From NCBI GenBank assembly GCA_037379345.1, contig CM074519.1, forward strand, positions 34,684,103 to 34,748,102: DNA of 64,000 nucleotides, given 5' to 3'. The notes below the pieces were generated by a model that was not told the DNA's origin, made no database searches, and saw nothing but the letters and a program-made list of their open reading frames with translations. Each line of letters starts with the position of its first letter. Position 1 is the stretch's first letter. Positions 52,204 through 63,969 of this stretch are shown here, piece after piece. A program made the position numbers and the translations under genes. Source of the stretch: Perna viridis. Its lineage: Eukaryota.

Positions 52204-52562
52204 CTGAAAAAAAAGATTGTTATGCCATTTACAAATCAAGGAGATTAAAATTTGAACATGTAGTTTTAGTAAAGATGTTTTTGTATTTGTGTCTGAACGG
52301 CAGCAAGTCTATATGTATATAGCTGAATTCATGCCAAAAAAGATTATTTGGAAAAATGGAAAAATTACCACGATTTTCAAAAACCAAAAAAAAGAACAAT
52401 TTGAAAGATTTAGATTTAAAAGAAAAAGAAAGAAAAAAACAATTTGAAAAATTAAGACTCACCTTTGAATCATTAAATTCAGGAAAAAAGTTACTCATAA
52501 GAAAAAAGGGTCACAAATTTCATTTTTTGCTTTTGATGAACGTTAGCTTGATGGTTTTTCTT

Positions 52563-52735
52563 TAGGAAACAATTCGTGAAGGGGGTAGATTTGTACTGAT
52601 TTTAACATGGATATGGCATTTATACTAGACCATATAACACCGAACGACAGTGAGGTGTTAAATGAGAATATAAATGCCAAACCCATGTTAAAATGAGTAC
52701 AAATCTACCCCTGGGAGGAATTATTTCTTCTCTTA
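52563..52735. mobile_element. About 170-bp palindrome of a Crypton-like non-autonomous element (tentative family)
   Basis: ggggtagatttgtactgattttaacatgg / ccatgttaaaatgagtacaaatctacccc around aacaccgaacgacagtgaggtgtt. Confidence 0.65.
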
Positions 52736-53537
52736 TATGACAAATACGGTAATTTTTGTAACAAAAATTTCCCTAGGCATAGCCAAAATAACAGCTGTTC
52801 CGTTTAACCTCCCCCATATGGAAGTTGTATTAATGCGTGTTTACATCACCGCTAATTTCTGTAGGAGGCAATTAGAACAGCCACATGCCGATGATGCTCA
52901 TTTCTGTCATACATTTGTATATTTATATTATCGTGTGTGTTAAATGTGTATATTTATATAATTGATTTGAATTCGATAACCTCTCAGCCGTTAAATCATC
53001 GTGTAAACAATTTTAAATGAGTGTTTTGTCTCGAAGGACAGCGAAAAATAAGACAGTGCGTATGTGCTAAAGGTGGGGTTGTACCGACATATACTGTTTG
53101 ACGATACGAAGACGTCATATTAGAATTATGGAATAAGACATGAAAGTTAGCTTGAAGGTTTTATCTATGGAATAAGACATGAAATTTAGCTTGAGGGTTT
53201 TATTTATGGAATAAGACAACGATTTTTCATATGAAGCCATCTAATAAAAGATATTTAAGGTGTTGGCAAACTCAGAATTATTTCCCTATAGAAGAACATG
53301 AATTTTGCCCCTTACAAATATAAAAGAAAGATGTATACATAAATCAGTAATTTGAAGAATTCTAAAAAGAAATATCAAAAAGATTAAACGAGATCTTATC
53401 ATTCGACACAGAAATTTACCCTTTGGTTGCAAGGTTCTTAGATGGGCAGCTACTTTTATTAGAAAAATTACAGAATCATATGAAAAATGACTGAAAATAT
53501 ATTATTCTATAGCTGTGGTAAAGATTAGCCAACCTAC

Positions 53538-53677
53538 TTCAATAGAGCCATTTCGATTCCTTGCATAGAATCCATCGGATGTTCCCAGAACTCCCAGCTA
53601 TCCTTGATCAGCTTGAAACCTTCTCCCATTTCATTTCCGACAAAGGGCAAGGTTACTGTCATAGCATCAGCTATACT
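53538..53677 (-). CDS. Exon 9: SIADAMTVTLPFVGNEMGEGFKLIKDSWEFWEHPMDSMQGIEMALL
   Basis: tatttag| ... |gtaggt; phase 0 to phase 2. Confidence 0.85.
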
Positions 53678-54113
53678 CTAAATACAGTTTAAATATAGCA
53701 ATAGGATTTCATGAATTATTCTAAGTAATGAGTGTATTCAATCATGTTTAGTAATATTCAATATTTATTTGCCTTTTATCATTAAAATGTATATAGCATA
53801 CTTAGATGTGACTAATTCCTTAATCTGCAGTTGATTACTTGTAGGTTACCACAAAAACCAACCACTCCAAATTTAAAATAACATATTAAGTCCCTACTAT
53901 ACATCTGCTTTACACAAGGACTTTTCAAAGAAATTATAAAATAGCATAACTCAAAAACTGTAAAAGTAAAAATACAGAATTTTAACATGACCTGTCTATC
54001 ATGGTCAAAAAAATATAATTCAAGTGAAAAATAAGAGTTGATAATCAATACAAGCAATTGAGCAGAAAAAAATGTCTACCGAAATGTACATTTTTAACAT
54101 ATTGGAATCTTAC

Positions 54114-54446
54114 ATGATAGAACTCCATAACATCTGACTTTATATCCGATATGAAGGTTGTGATCCTGTTGACAAGTTTCTTGAACTTATTGATCAACGG
54201 GAATCCATCAAAGTCTGTTAACTTCTTGTAGGTTTCTCTAATTCTATTGACAATATCTCTGATGATTTCAGGGAGGTGTTTAAATAGGTCGATAATAATA
54301 CCAACAAGTTTGGAAAAGGTCTCATCTCTGACCATTTCAATAAGTTCTGCGATTGTTTTCACTGCATCAACAATGGGATCAATAACTTGATGGAAAATTT
54401 TGTCAAATGCTGAGGCTAACTCTTGTATGGCATTAAATCCATAATC
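54114..54446 (-). CDS. Exon 8: DYGFNAIQELASAFDK...IKSDVMEFYH (amphipathic helices)
   Basis: ORF 54045..54485; ttgcag|, |gtaaga. Confidence 0.9.
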
Positions 54447-54996
54447 CTGCAATTTAATGTACAAATTAAAGAAAAAATATGACAATTATATGATAAAAAT
54501 TCCATTGTTAGTCTTAAACACTATATTATCATTTAATGTCTAAGTAAGGCTAATGATATTTTCTTCTCCTTCGGTATTCCAGTAAGAAGCACAAGCTGTA
54601 AAGTTGACAGCGAACAGGATTTTCCAGTATGTCTATTTTTTTACAAACTCAAAAATAAAAATAGTAATAATTATGAACACAAAAATTTGAAAACATTCTA
54701 TCATTTGCTGTTTAAGTTGCAGTGATTCAAATAATCCCATAAAAATTAACATTTTGAAAACAAACCAATTTCATCAATTCATTTTGATTTAAATTCATAA
54801 GAAATCAAAGGTTATGGGAAACAACCTAGCTTTATACTTTTCACACTTTCAATAAACCAGTACTTCCCAATTTATCAGATAAACTCGCTGTAAACAAGGT
54901 CATTTCAAATAACCTGTTTGAAAATTAGAAAACTTCATTGAATAAATAATGCAAAATATATGTACATAACTAGATAATCTGTTGAATTGTACCAAC

Positions 54997-55142
54997 CTTC
55001 AGAACATTAAGATTGTATCCAAACTTTGTCTTGTAGCACACCAAGACTTTGAATATATCATAGTGCTGATTAATAAGGCCAACATCAACTCTAGCATAGG
55101 CCAGGTTGTCTACTTTCAATTCAAACTTCCCCTTAAATGGTT
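54997..55142 (-). CDS. Exon 7: EPFKGKFELKVDNLAYARVDVGLINQHYDIFKVLVCYKTKFGYNLNVLK
   Basis: aatttcag| ... |gttggt; phase 1 to phase 0. Confidence 0.85.
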
Positions 55143-55684
55143 CTGAAATTTAGACATAAAGGCCATTATTATCAACTTAGATTGAAGACCAGAACTGATA
55201 TAGCAGTCGCCAGAGCCTTTAGATTAGTAAAGCCAGTTAGCATCTTTAATTATCTTACACTACCACAGGAAAATGGTCCTATTGGCAAACTCCATTAAGA
55301 TAAAAAATGCTGGTATTTCTAGTATATCATATTTAATTCTATGCTATTTATGCCAATAAACAACTAACCATTCACAACAACAAGCTTGTGTTTAGATACG
55401 TTTGAATTTGATCCCCGCATTTTCCTTTTATCCCTGCTTTTATCTCGTATATTTCAGTTTGACAATAATTACAGGTGTAAAAATTCAAACAATAGATATC
55501 AATTAATTCAGTACGGAAGTACTTTCATTAATTCTTTTAGAATACTTTTAGACATATTTTCCTCAAGTGCAAAATTGTACATTATAATTATACATTATTG
55601 TGTGTTATGTAAATTGTGATTTGATAAATATAAAGATACAGTACATTTGTATTATTCATATCAAATTTATAAAATACAAGTAGT

Positions 55685-56455
55685 CTCAACCCAGTTCAAC
55701 AATCCTAGTTTCAGGAATTTTATACATCACATCTACCCCAAATAACTTGAGATAAAGGATACTACAGACAATGTGAAGTCAGTCTCATATCTTGACCTAC
55801 ACTTTGAGATCGTTCGTAAAGTAAAACTATAGACCTAACTATACGACAACACTATAACATTTCATTCCGTATTGTCAACTTTCCTTTCATCTGTGACAAC
55901 ATCCCTACAGCACCTGCATATGGTGTTTTCATTTCACAACTCATAACGTTACGCCAGAGCTTGCCTAACTATGCAGACTTTATGTATCATGCTAGACTTC
56001 TTACAGTTAAGCCATCTGGAACAGGGTTATGTTGCAACAAAATTGAAGTCATTACAGCGTGTCATAGTTTTCCTTTCCTCTTTTGTCCACCCTAGACGTT
56101 ACTTTAAATGAGCAAGTTGGCGGGTGTTTCTAAAAGAAATTAGCCCAAGCTTGCTTAGATTCACTGGTACCTTAGTCGTATGATTTGCAGTATATAACTG
56201 TGCATTTATATTTATATGAAGTAGTGTGGTCATGCGGAAAAGCAGAGAATGCTTACCCATCCAGTGCACTTGGTCTATGCTCCTAGTTTTTAGTAGTGTC
56301 TGAGTTGCTCATTTACTTTAGTTACTTTGTATGTATTACTTTGGTTATTTTATGTTCTTTATTGTGTGTGTCTGTTTTTTTCCATGTCTGGTCTTTGTCC
56401 CTGGATTACAGTCTTTTGATTTCCACTAGAATAATGGTTCCCTTGATTACTCTTT
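55685..56455 (+). mobile_element. Degenerate Penelope-like retroelement (RT C-terminal part plus tail); tail-only copy at about 62015-62220
   Basis: Remnant translation LEIKDTTD..KSVSYLDLHFEI...LYD...IVNFPFICDNIPTAPAYGVFISQLI.YARAC with stops and frameshifts. Confidence 0.85.
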
Positions 56456-56594
56456 CACAATAACAAAATCATCAATATACAACACTTTACTTATTAATAA
56501 CAATATTTGCATTATGTCCTGTTTTTTTTTAAAAAAGAACTTAACTTCATTATCTTTGTACAAGACCTTAGTTATGCTTATTAAAATAAAATAC

Positions 56595-56773
56595 CTAACT
56601 GAAGATCAACAAAATTCTCCATCCTCATTCCAAATGAAGCCCCCAGCTTTGAACTCCCGATGGTCTTGTCCCATTGAAACTTAGGCATACCCAGATGGAA
56701 ACTGAGAGCTTTAAGAATATCAGCAAATGAAGCTCTCCTTATCCTGGTTATCACTGGGTAGGTATATCTCTGT
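56595..56773 (-). CDS. Exon 6: QRYTYPVITRIRR ASFADILKALSFHLGMPKFQWDKTIGSSKLGASFGMRMENFVDLQL
   Basis: ORF 56581..56853; ttacag|, |gtattt. Confidence 0.85.
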
Positions 56774-58418
56774 CTGTAATGTAGTAAAAATAGAACAGTG
56801 TTCTTAAAAATAAAAAAAAAAACATAATATACAACAAGAACTATTGTGAACAAAAATACTGACAGTAATTTATTTATTAAGTTGACTTAAGGATTATGCA
56901 AAGCGTGATTAATCAATATTTATATTGTCAAATCCACTCATCTTGGGGATAAATTAAATTTTGTTTACTTCATTAAGTTTCAAATTATGGGCGTTATTTG
57001 CTAATCTATGCAATATCAGTTAGTGTCTCAGTTATCCGTTAAAGGAGACAAGACACATATATTTCATTTTTGTAAACGTTTATATTTATAAAAACTATGG
57101 TATGTTTAGATACGAGTATAACAAACACTTTCTCATCAGGTTAGTGCTAAAAAAAGTTAGAATGATTTATTTGTGTATCAACACAACCTAATTAATATGC
57201 ATAAATGAAAACCAGAAGTAACACCAACTTACCATATATGGGAGTGCTACGTCATTGCTTCTCAATCTCCATTTGGGTGCATTGAAAATGTATTCACGTG
57301 CCCGAAAAAGTTAATAAATCTTCAAAAATAGCTCATATATATAACGCAGAGTGGTCTTGTGATCTGTGTATGAGTCTGATAATCGTGTTTACAAAGTAAG
57401 AAGACTAAAGTTCTTGTTTTCTGTCAGCCTTTCATTTTCATTAGGCATACATCTCCACGTGGTGAAAACACAACTACTTTGCACACTAATTTTAGGACTT
57501 GTATAGGAGGGTGCAAATAAAATAGTGACACTCTGAGTATTGTTCTTTCTTTTCCACTGGGTTATACCAATTAACTAGCCCGGTAGACTTAATTATGGCC
57601 AAGAGAAAGTGTGGGCGGCTTCTTTATCTTCTGTTCGGCGATTTTAGCAAAAAAGATTTAGAACACAAAAAAGCTTCAGCACGAAACCTTTATGGGTTCT
57701 TAAATAAAATTATCAAAAACCAATAAAAATTAAACATGTTTGTATTATCCTATAGCTTTACTTACGGGGTACTGGTACACTTGTCATGAGTAACGTTCCA
57801 TAAAAAGGGGTGAAATCAATATTTTCATTGAAAATTGAAATCGGAACAGTTCAAATCTTAGAATGTGAATTTAATTTACTTTATGTAAAAAATTCAATCG
57901 ATTATGACAGAACATACTGAAATATTTCTATGTAATCTTCGAAAAGAAGTGGTGTCCTCTCTCTTTGGATTCTAGTCTTCACACATATAATAGTTAAATA
58001 TTTCTATCATCGTTTATCATTTTCTTCTCGAAGTTGTTTAAATTAATACAACTCTAAGTATATATACGCTGGCAAGCCAAGACTTTCAATATTTTCACTC
58101 TCAGTTTTAAAAATCATGTAAAAAGTGCAGAAGCCCCACACATTTCAAACACTCTATGAATTAAGAACCAATGACGTAGCACAGTCACGTGACCACATGG
58201 CTAACTAAAATTGGTATGGCTTGTGTCATCGTCAGTTTTGAAACAATTAAATGACGTAAGTAACTACAAGGGATGTTTTTATGATACATATCAGGTGTAA
58301 TTAACCAAATAAACCAATAATTGAAAAAAAATATTTTTTTGTGTCATGTCTCCTTTAAAGTCAATAACTTAAGAAATGTTTATGCTTCTAAGAGGTTTAC
58401 AATTAGTATTTCACTTAC

Positions 58419-58549
58419 TCTAACACCGCTTCTTCCTGCTCCCTTGTCAGCTGTTTACTCTGAGGATGTTCAATGTAGATCTCATAGGCTCCATGTCGTA
58501 CAACATCTTCTGAGTCAAACAGTGTGGACCGCAACAGATGTGCTGCACT
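58419..58549 (-). CDS. Exon 5: SAAHLLRSTLFDSEDVVRHGAYEIYIEHPQSKQLTREQEEAVL
   Basis: tttttcag| ... |gtaagt; phase 0 to phase 2. Confidence 0.85.
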
Positions 58550-58787
58550 CTGAAAAATACATAAATGAGATAAATTACATTACATTTTTAAAAATGAACA
58601 ATGACAAAAGACACTGTTTGTTTTTATGCTACCAAAAACCCCAAATCCAACAAAACCAAAAATAAAAAAAAAACAGATGAAGATAGACAGACTGACACTT
58701 CCAAAACAACTTTATAAGAGAACATATGCAGATAATCATTGATATCATTCAGTTTTAGCTGCATGCTATGTTAAATATTGAACCCAT

Positions 58788-58922
58788 CTTATTGTGAGTG
58801 AACTGCATCAGAGCATGAGCTTTGGTCCTCCTCAGTTCAGCATTGGCCTTTATATATACCTCATTACAAGTGAAATGCCTCAGAGCATGGGCAGCTGTCC
58901 TCCTCAGTTCTGCATTGGCCTT
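58788..58922 (-). repeat. 72-bp duplication of the exon 4 3' end
   Basis: KANAELRRTAAHALRHFTCNE followed by KANAELRRTKAHALMQFTHNK. Confidence 0.9.
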
Positions 58923-59092
58923 GTTCAGTTCTAGATAGGATGTTATATGTCTCAGTGATCGGGGATGTCCAGCATTCCCAAGACAATGTAACAATGTTCT
59001 CTTTAAAGCTACATGAAGATCACGGTCATGGTAACTTATTCCTCTGCCAACTGACCTTTTCTCTCTTGGTTTGACAATGCCACTGAACTCAC
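58860..59092 (-). CDS. Exon 4: ...REKR SVG...LLHCLGNAGHPRSL...ELRRTAAHALRHFTCNE (LLTP alpha-helical domain)
   Basis: ORF 58755..59126; tttaaag|, |gtatat; the LGNAG and R-x-AA-x-ALR motifs are typical of vitellogenin/apoB/MTP helical domains. Confidence 0.9.
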
Positions 59093-59352
59093 CTTTAAAA
59101 AAAAAAAACAATATAGCATTGAGCATAAATCACACATGGGTACCCTTTGCCCATCTCTTTACATATTCATGTACCAGAATATCTTTTTAGAACTAAAAAA
59201 TAATTGGTATTCCCTTCCTCTATCCATGTCAACTGTAAAGTAAAGCTAATGAAAACCCTAAATTCATTCAGACTAAACTTAAAATATAGCAGGTACACAA
59301 TAGTATTACCTAAAAATTATTCACTGAAAGTTTCATATACAGTACCTTAATA

Positions 59353-61402
59353 GTACGTGGGCTGAGATAAACCCTGTGTACCCCCCTCCCAACTCATCAA
59401 CCAAAATATGATTCTCAGGTACCGTTATACTTCCCATTTACGAATCTTTTTGTCACCAAAAAATAAACGGAAGCATTTTTATATTTTTTGGCTACTTTTT
59501 ATACCTCGTTGAGGCAAAAATCTATTTTTAGAGATTTTTTATTCTACAAAATTCTTCTTTCTACAGAACGAAGTAAACAGCCAAATGTACATGTATGTAT
59601 CATCATGTAGCCCAATGTCTCAACTTTCCAACAGTATCAAGAAAGTTGCATTAACACTTAGGGTTTTGCGGTAAAAATAACCCCTAGAGTATTTATGCTC
59701 CAGTAAAAAATGGTTTATTTGGTATTTTCTGTTAAGTATTATCACATATTATACTTCTGGGGTTCTTTTGATGACATTTGGTGATTGTCGTAGTCAGAAT
59801 TTATCCAAAAATGCGAAAAATGGGATTTTTGATTTTTTGGTCACAAGTCACAAAAATTCAACTGTACAAGTTATTACTCAAATAAAACGTCTCAATTTTG
59901 GTATCATTCGATAGATGATTCAATTTCCTACATAGATAAACCACGAAAAACTAATTTGCAGGAAAAAATTTTTAAAAATGTAAAAATTACTACCCCTACC
60001 CCTAGAAAACTGGTCTCGGTATCAAACAGAATTCTCATTCACAGCATACTGACAATGTAGAACTCATATTTAAGGCATTCATAATTAAGTTAATGATGTA
60101 CCTAACATGTACCGAGCAGGTATTTTGAAAACATCGATAATTAAAATACCAGAACACAACATGTCTATTGTACACCGTTTATATGCCAAAAAAAAATAAC
60201 ATTTTAGTTCATGTTGAGGCATTTTTTATCATGGGTTATGGTGGCAATTTTCCACCTATTTGGACTTGGAAAAGTTCAAATATTTATTACTTGGGCTCAC
60301 TAGAAAGCAAAGACACTATACTAATTGTATTTGAATATACAAAATCTTGTTTGAAGTACAGTATTTGCAAGAAATTGCCAATTATAGGTGAAATTGAAGA
60401 AAATATGAAATTGCAAAAATTCCCCTTCTTATGAAAAACTCATTATTGTCACATTAAAACTGAAAAAATACGCCCCTGAAATGAGAAAATATATTGAATA
60501 CATCGATAATTAAAACAACAGTACCCAACATGTCATGTTCATGTTGAGGCATTTTTTATCATGGATAGGGGTGGCAATTTTCCACCTAACTTGACTTGGA
60601 AAAGTTCAAATATTTATAACTTGGGCTCATTTTGAAGCTAAGACATTATATTAATCCACCACATCACACAAAAGCTTTCTTTAAACTATAGTGTTCTGAA
60701 AAAAAGGACAATGTCGGGTGATATAGTAGAAAATTCTAAAATTCTGAAAATTCCCATTTTTCAGATCTTCTAGTAATTTCACCCCAAAAGAAAAACCTAA
60801 GCGCCTGAATTGATCAGATATATTAGGTACATCATTATCTTAATTATGAATGCCTAAAATATGAGTTCTACAATTGTCAGTATGCTGTGAATAAGAATTC
60901 TGTTTGATACTGAGACCAGTTTTCAAGGGGTAGGGGTAATATTTTTTAACATTTTTTCAAAGTCCTTTCTTGAAAATTAGTTTTTTTGTGGTGTTATACA
61001 CAATACTCAAGGGGTTTTGACATTGAAAAATATGTCAATTTAAGCGATTTCTTGGCAGGATAGGGGTACATTTTTTTCATTTGACCACAAAACCCTAAGT
61101 GCTACCGCAACTTTCTTGGTACCAATGTAAAGCTGAGACATTGGTATTTACGATTTAAGTTTGTTTAGTTTTTCCACACATCTTATCCCAGGAAGGCTAA
61201 GATGCTCAAACAATTAAGTCACAAAAATATTGGCTTTTTGACCCAAATATAGGCTTATACCAACCAAAAAAAGAATCAGAGAATATTCTTTGGCAACAGA
61301 TTGATTCGGTAATGGGAGGTATATAGGTACCTAAAAATCACCATGAACTTGATGAGTGGGGGGGGGGGGTGTGTGCACGGTGGACCCTCCCAGCCCACGG
61401 AC
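59353..61402. mobile_element. About 2-kb foldback-type element with long imperfect inverted arms and a central direct duplication
   Basis: GTACGTGGGCTG / CAGCCCACGGAC termini; about 59940-60100 is the reverse complement of about 60830-60990; about 60130-60480 repeats at about 60500-60810. Confidence 0.8.
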
Positions 61403-62329
61403 AAGAGCTGATCTGTTCAACTATAATTGCAAATGGTCATCCATCAAAGGTCAGTTTCAATCAGTCTTTGATCCATTAAACTGGAGATCACTTCCTTTTT
61501 CCATCACACCATCACTGATTGGTTCATATACTTTGTTGATTGTTTTGGTTTTCGAATTGTACACAATTTTATAGTGATATAAATTAAGACGTCCATCTAA
61601 TTACTTCCTCTTTTTTTCTTTTTTCAATGAAATACTCAATGTGGATATAAGATTCTAAATTCAAAGAAAAATTAATATACCACTATACTGGATTTGTTTC
61701 AATGAAAAATCTCAAATTTACATCAACCTAACATCCTTCATTGTACATAATAAAACATCGATCCATCAGCAATCATTTTTATGCAGTCATTAATCCGTAT
61801 AATAATGGCGAGGATCTTTTCGGGGACTGTAAATCCATCATTCAATTTTTGAGTTGATATAAATGTAATGGATGAACTGAAGATGGAGGGAAAGACACAA
61901 ATTATGACCTCTATCTGCCTCCTTTAAAGCAGAGGTATATCAAAATATTATATATGTAGTTGCAATAGCTTAAAAACCAATTTTGAAAAGAAATTTTATC
62001 CAAAAGTTCTTTGAATAGTTACCCTACTGGTGCACCTGGTCCGTGCTCCCAGTTTTTATTCGAGTCTGAGTTACTCAATCAGTGCTGTTTCTTTGTACGT
62101 GTTGTTTTGTTTATTTCATGTTCTTTGTTGTGTGTGTCTGTTTTCCCTGTCTAGTCTTTACCTCTGGAGACCATACTTTTGATTTTCACTAAGATCTTGG
62201 TTCCCTTGGTATTACTTGTTCGGACATTTGAAATCCTAGAATTAGTACAGAACTTTTCAGAGCCCAAAATCTGTGTCTTATATAGTTTATTTTTCATTGA
62301 ATTTTAAATTTGAGGTATAAATGACATAC

Positions 62330-62473
62330 TTTCATTATGGACACCAAGCCATCTTTCAAACTTTTTGACAATTCTCTGAGCTTCAATGTCATCACCTAAG
62401 TCCCTCAGGTGTTTGGACAGAGCTCCCAGGGTCAGACAGGCTCTTTTCTGTGTCAATGTCATATTCCCAACTC
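62330..62473 (-). CDS. Exon 3: GVGNMTLTQKRACLTLGALSKHLRDLGDDIEAQRIVKKFERWLGVHNE (LLTP-like helical region)
   Basis: ttttcag| ... |gtatgt; open frame; 'ACLTLGAL' resembles lipovitellin helical-domain motifs. Confidence 0.85.
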
Positions 62474-62579
62474 CTGAAAATGTAATTAAGTTATAAATGT
62501 TACTTTTCCTCTATAGTTTCAAAAATACAATTAACATAGAAGAATGAATCAAAACATTGCTACAACTCCTTTACTTTAA

Positions 62580-62791
62580 GGAGGTATACCTAAGGTAAGG
62601 GACATAACTCTTAAAAATCATTGGAATGTTTGTATTCAGCATTTTACATCAATCTTATGTAAGCATATAATTAACTTGGATTCATTTTATTCTGCTTCAA
62701 ACAAAAGCTTGAGAGGCTTTGGTGAAATTGAGTATGAAGCAAACATATCACTGATTTCATGAGTTATGTCCCTTACCCTAGGTCTCCTTCC
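62580..62791. mobile_element. MITE with TTAA TSD (Kolobok-like termini)
   Basis: TTAA|GGAGGTATACCTAAGGTAAGGGACATAACTC ... GAGTTATGTCCCTTACCCTAGGTCTCCTTCC|TTAA. Confidence 0.8.
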
Positions 62792-63224
62792 TTAAATCAT
62801 TCTCCTATCAGAAGTTCCTCCATAACAAAAGTTCCAAAAGAAGAAATAGTACAGAATTTAAGTTCCTCTTGAAATCTGTAATATTTGTTCCTAGCAGAAT
62901 AAACCTAATATGACAAATGTTCCTAAAGGAAGTTTCATTATAAATTAATCTATAAGAAATGTTCCATTTTTATAAGGAACAAATAAACATTGACAAATTA
63001 AGTATCAATATAGGTAGAATTCTGCCAAAACATCATAATAATGTGACCTACTTGGATTTTATGACATCTCGGCACCATTTAAACTTTCATCTTTTTGATA
63101 CATTTTCAAATTTGAACTATAGGCAATGTTGATAACTTTAACCATATAGAAATTGTACAAATTCACACTTGAAAAACTGTCCAAAAAATCAATACTCTGT
63201 ATATTTAAAATATTATCAAAATAC

Positions 63225-63279
63225 CATGAAACTTGTCATCCTTCCCAAAGCATAAACATTCCACAGCTAGTATCAAGTT
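63225..63279 (-). CDS. Exon 2: NLILAVECLCFGKDDKFH
   Basis: tatttcag| ... |gtattt; bridges phase 0 to phase 1. Confidence 0.7.
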
Positions 63280-63969
63280 CTGAAATAAAATTATTTGCTA
63301 TGCGTGTATTTATATTATATTAGGTAAAAACAGTAGATATAATATTGAAATTATTTTCATAGAACCCTTGAAAATACAGAAACAAAATTATCATATCTTT
63401 AAGTTTAAAAAAATATATATTCTAGGTTCTCAGGCACCGCCGCATCCCTAAAAATCCTCCCACACCTGCGATTTAAGTTTTCAAAACATGTCAAAAAGAA
63501 AAATTCTAGACTATAGAGAAAGTTGTCAATAACACACATAGGTCTACCAATCTAGTATTATAATTTCAATGTGTAAACTGTCAAGTCAGAAAACAATATA
63601 AGAAGATGAAGGGCTTCAAATGAAGACACACACAATACAATCCATCATGCTGAAATTGTATAAAATTCATGAAGAGTTCCTAAGTTTTAGAAAACTGAAC
63701 CATAAAATTTAAACAAACAAGATGTTGCATACTTCATCATGCTAAGATTATACCCAGTAAAGTCATCATGCAAAAGCAAATAGAAGCTAAGAAATCTGTC
63801 ACAGAAATTTGCAACGAGTGGATGTACAAGGTGATGGCAATGTAATAAAACACCTGGCTAAAACAGTGCTGAAGATTTGTCATGGGAACACAAGTTGCAC
63901 TAACAGTAGACAAAATATGACAAAATTCAACTTCTCAACTACATTGTATGTATATCAATACTATGTTAC

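Noticed and set aside
52229-52565. Lys-rich and Phe-rich ORFs on both strands
   Set aside because: A-rich low-complexity intron sequence
57232-57365. Segment with a strong gtaagt donor as a possible exon
   Set aside because: Exons 5 and 6 join in phase without it and I saw no convincing coding signal
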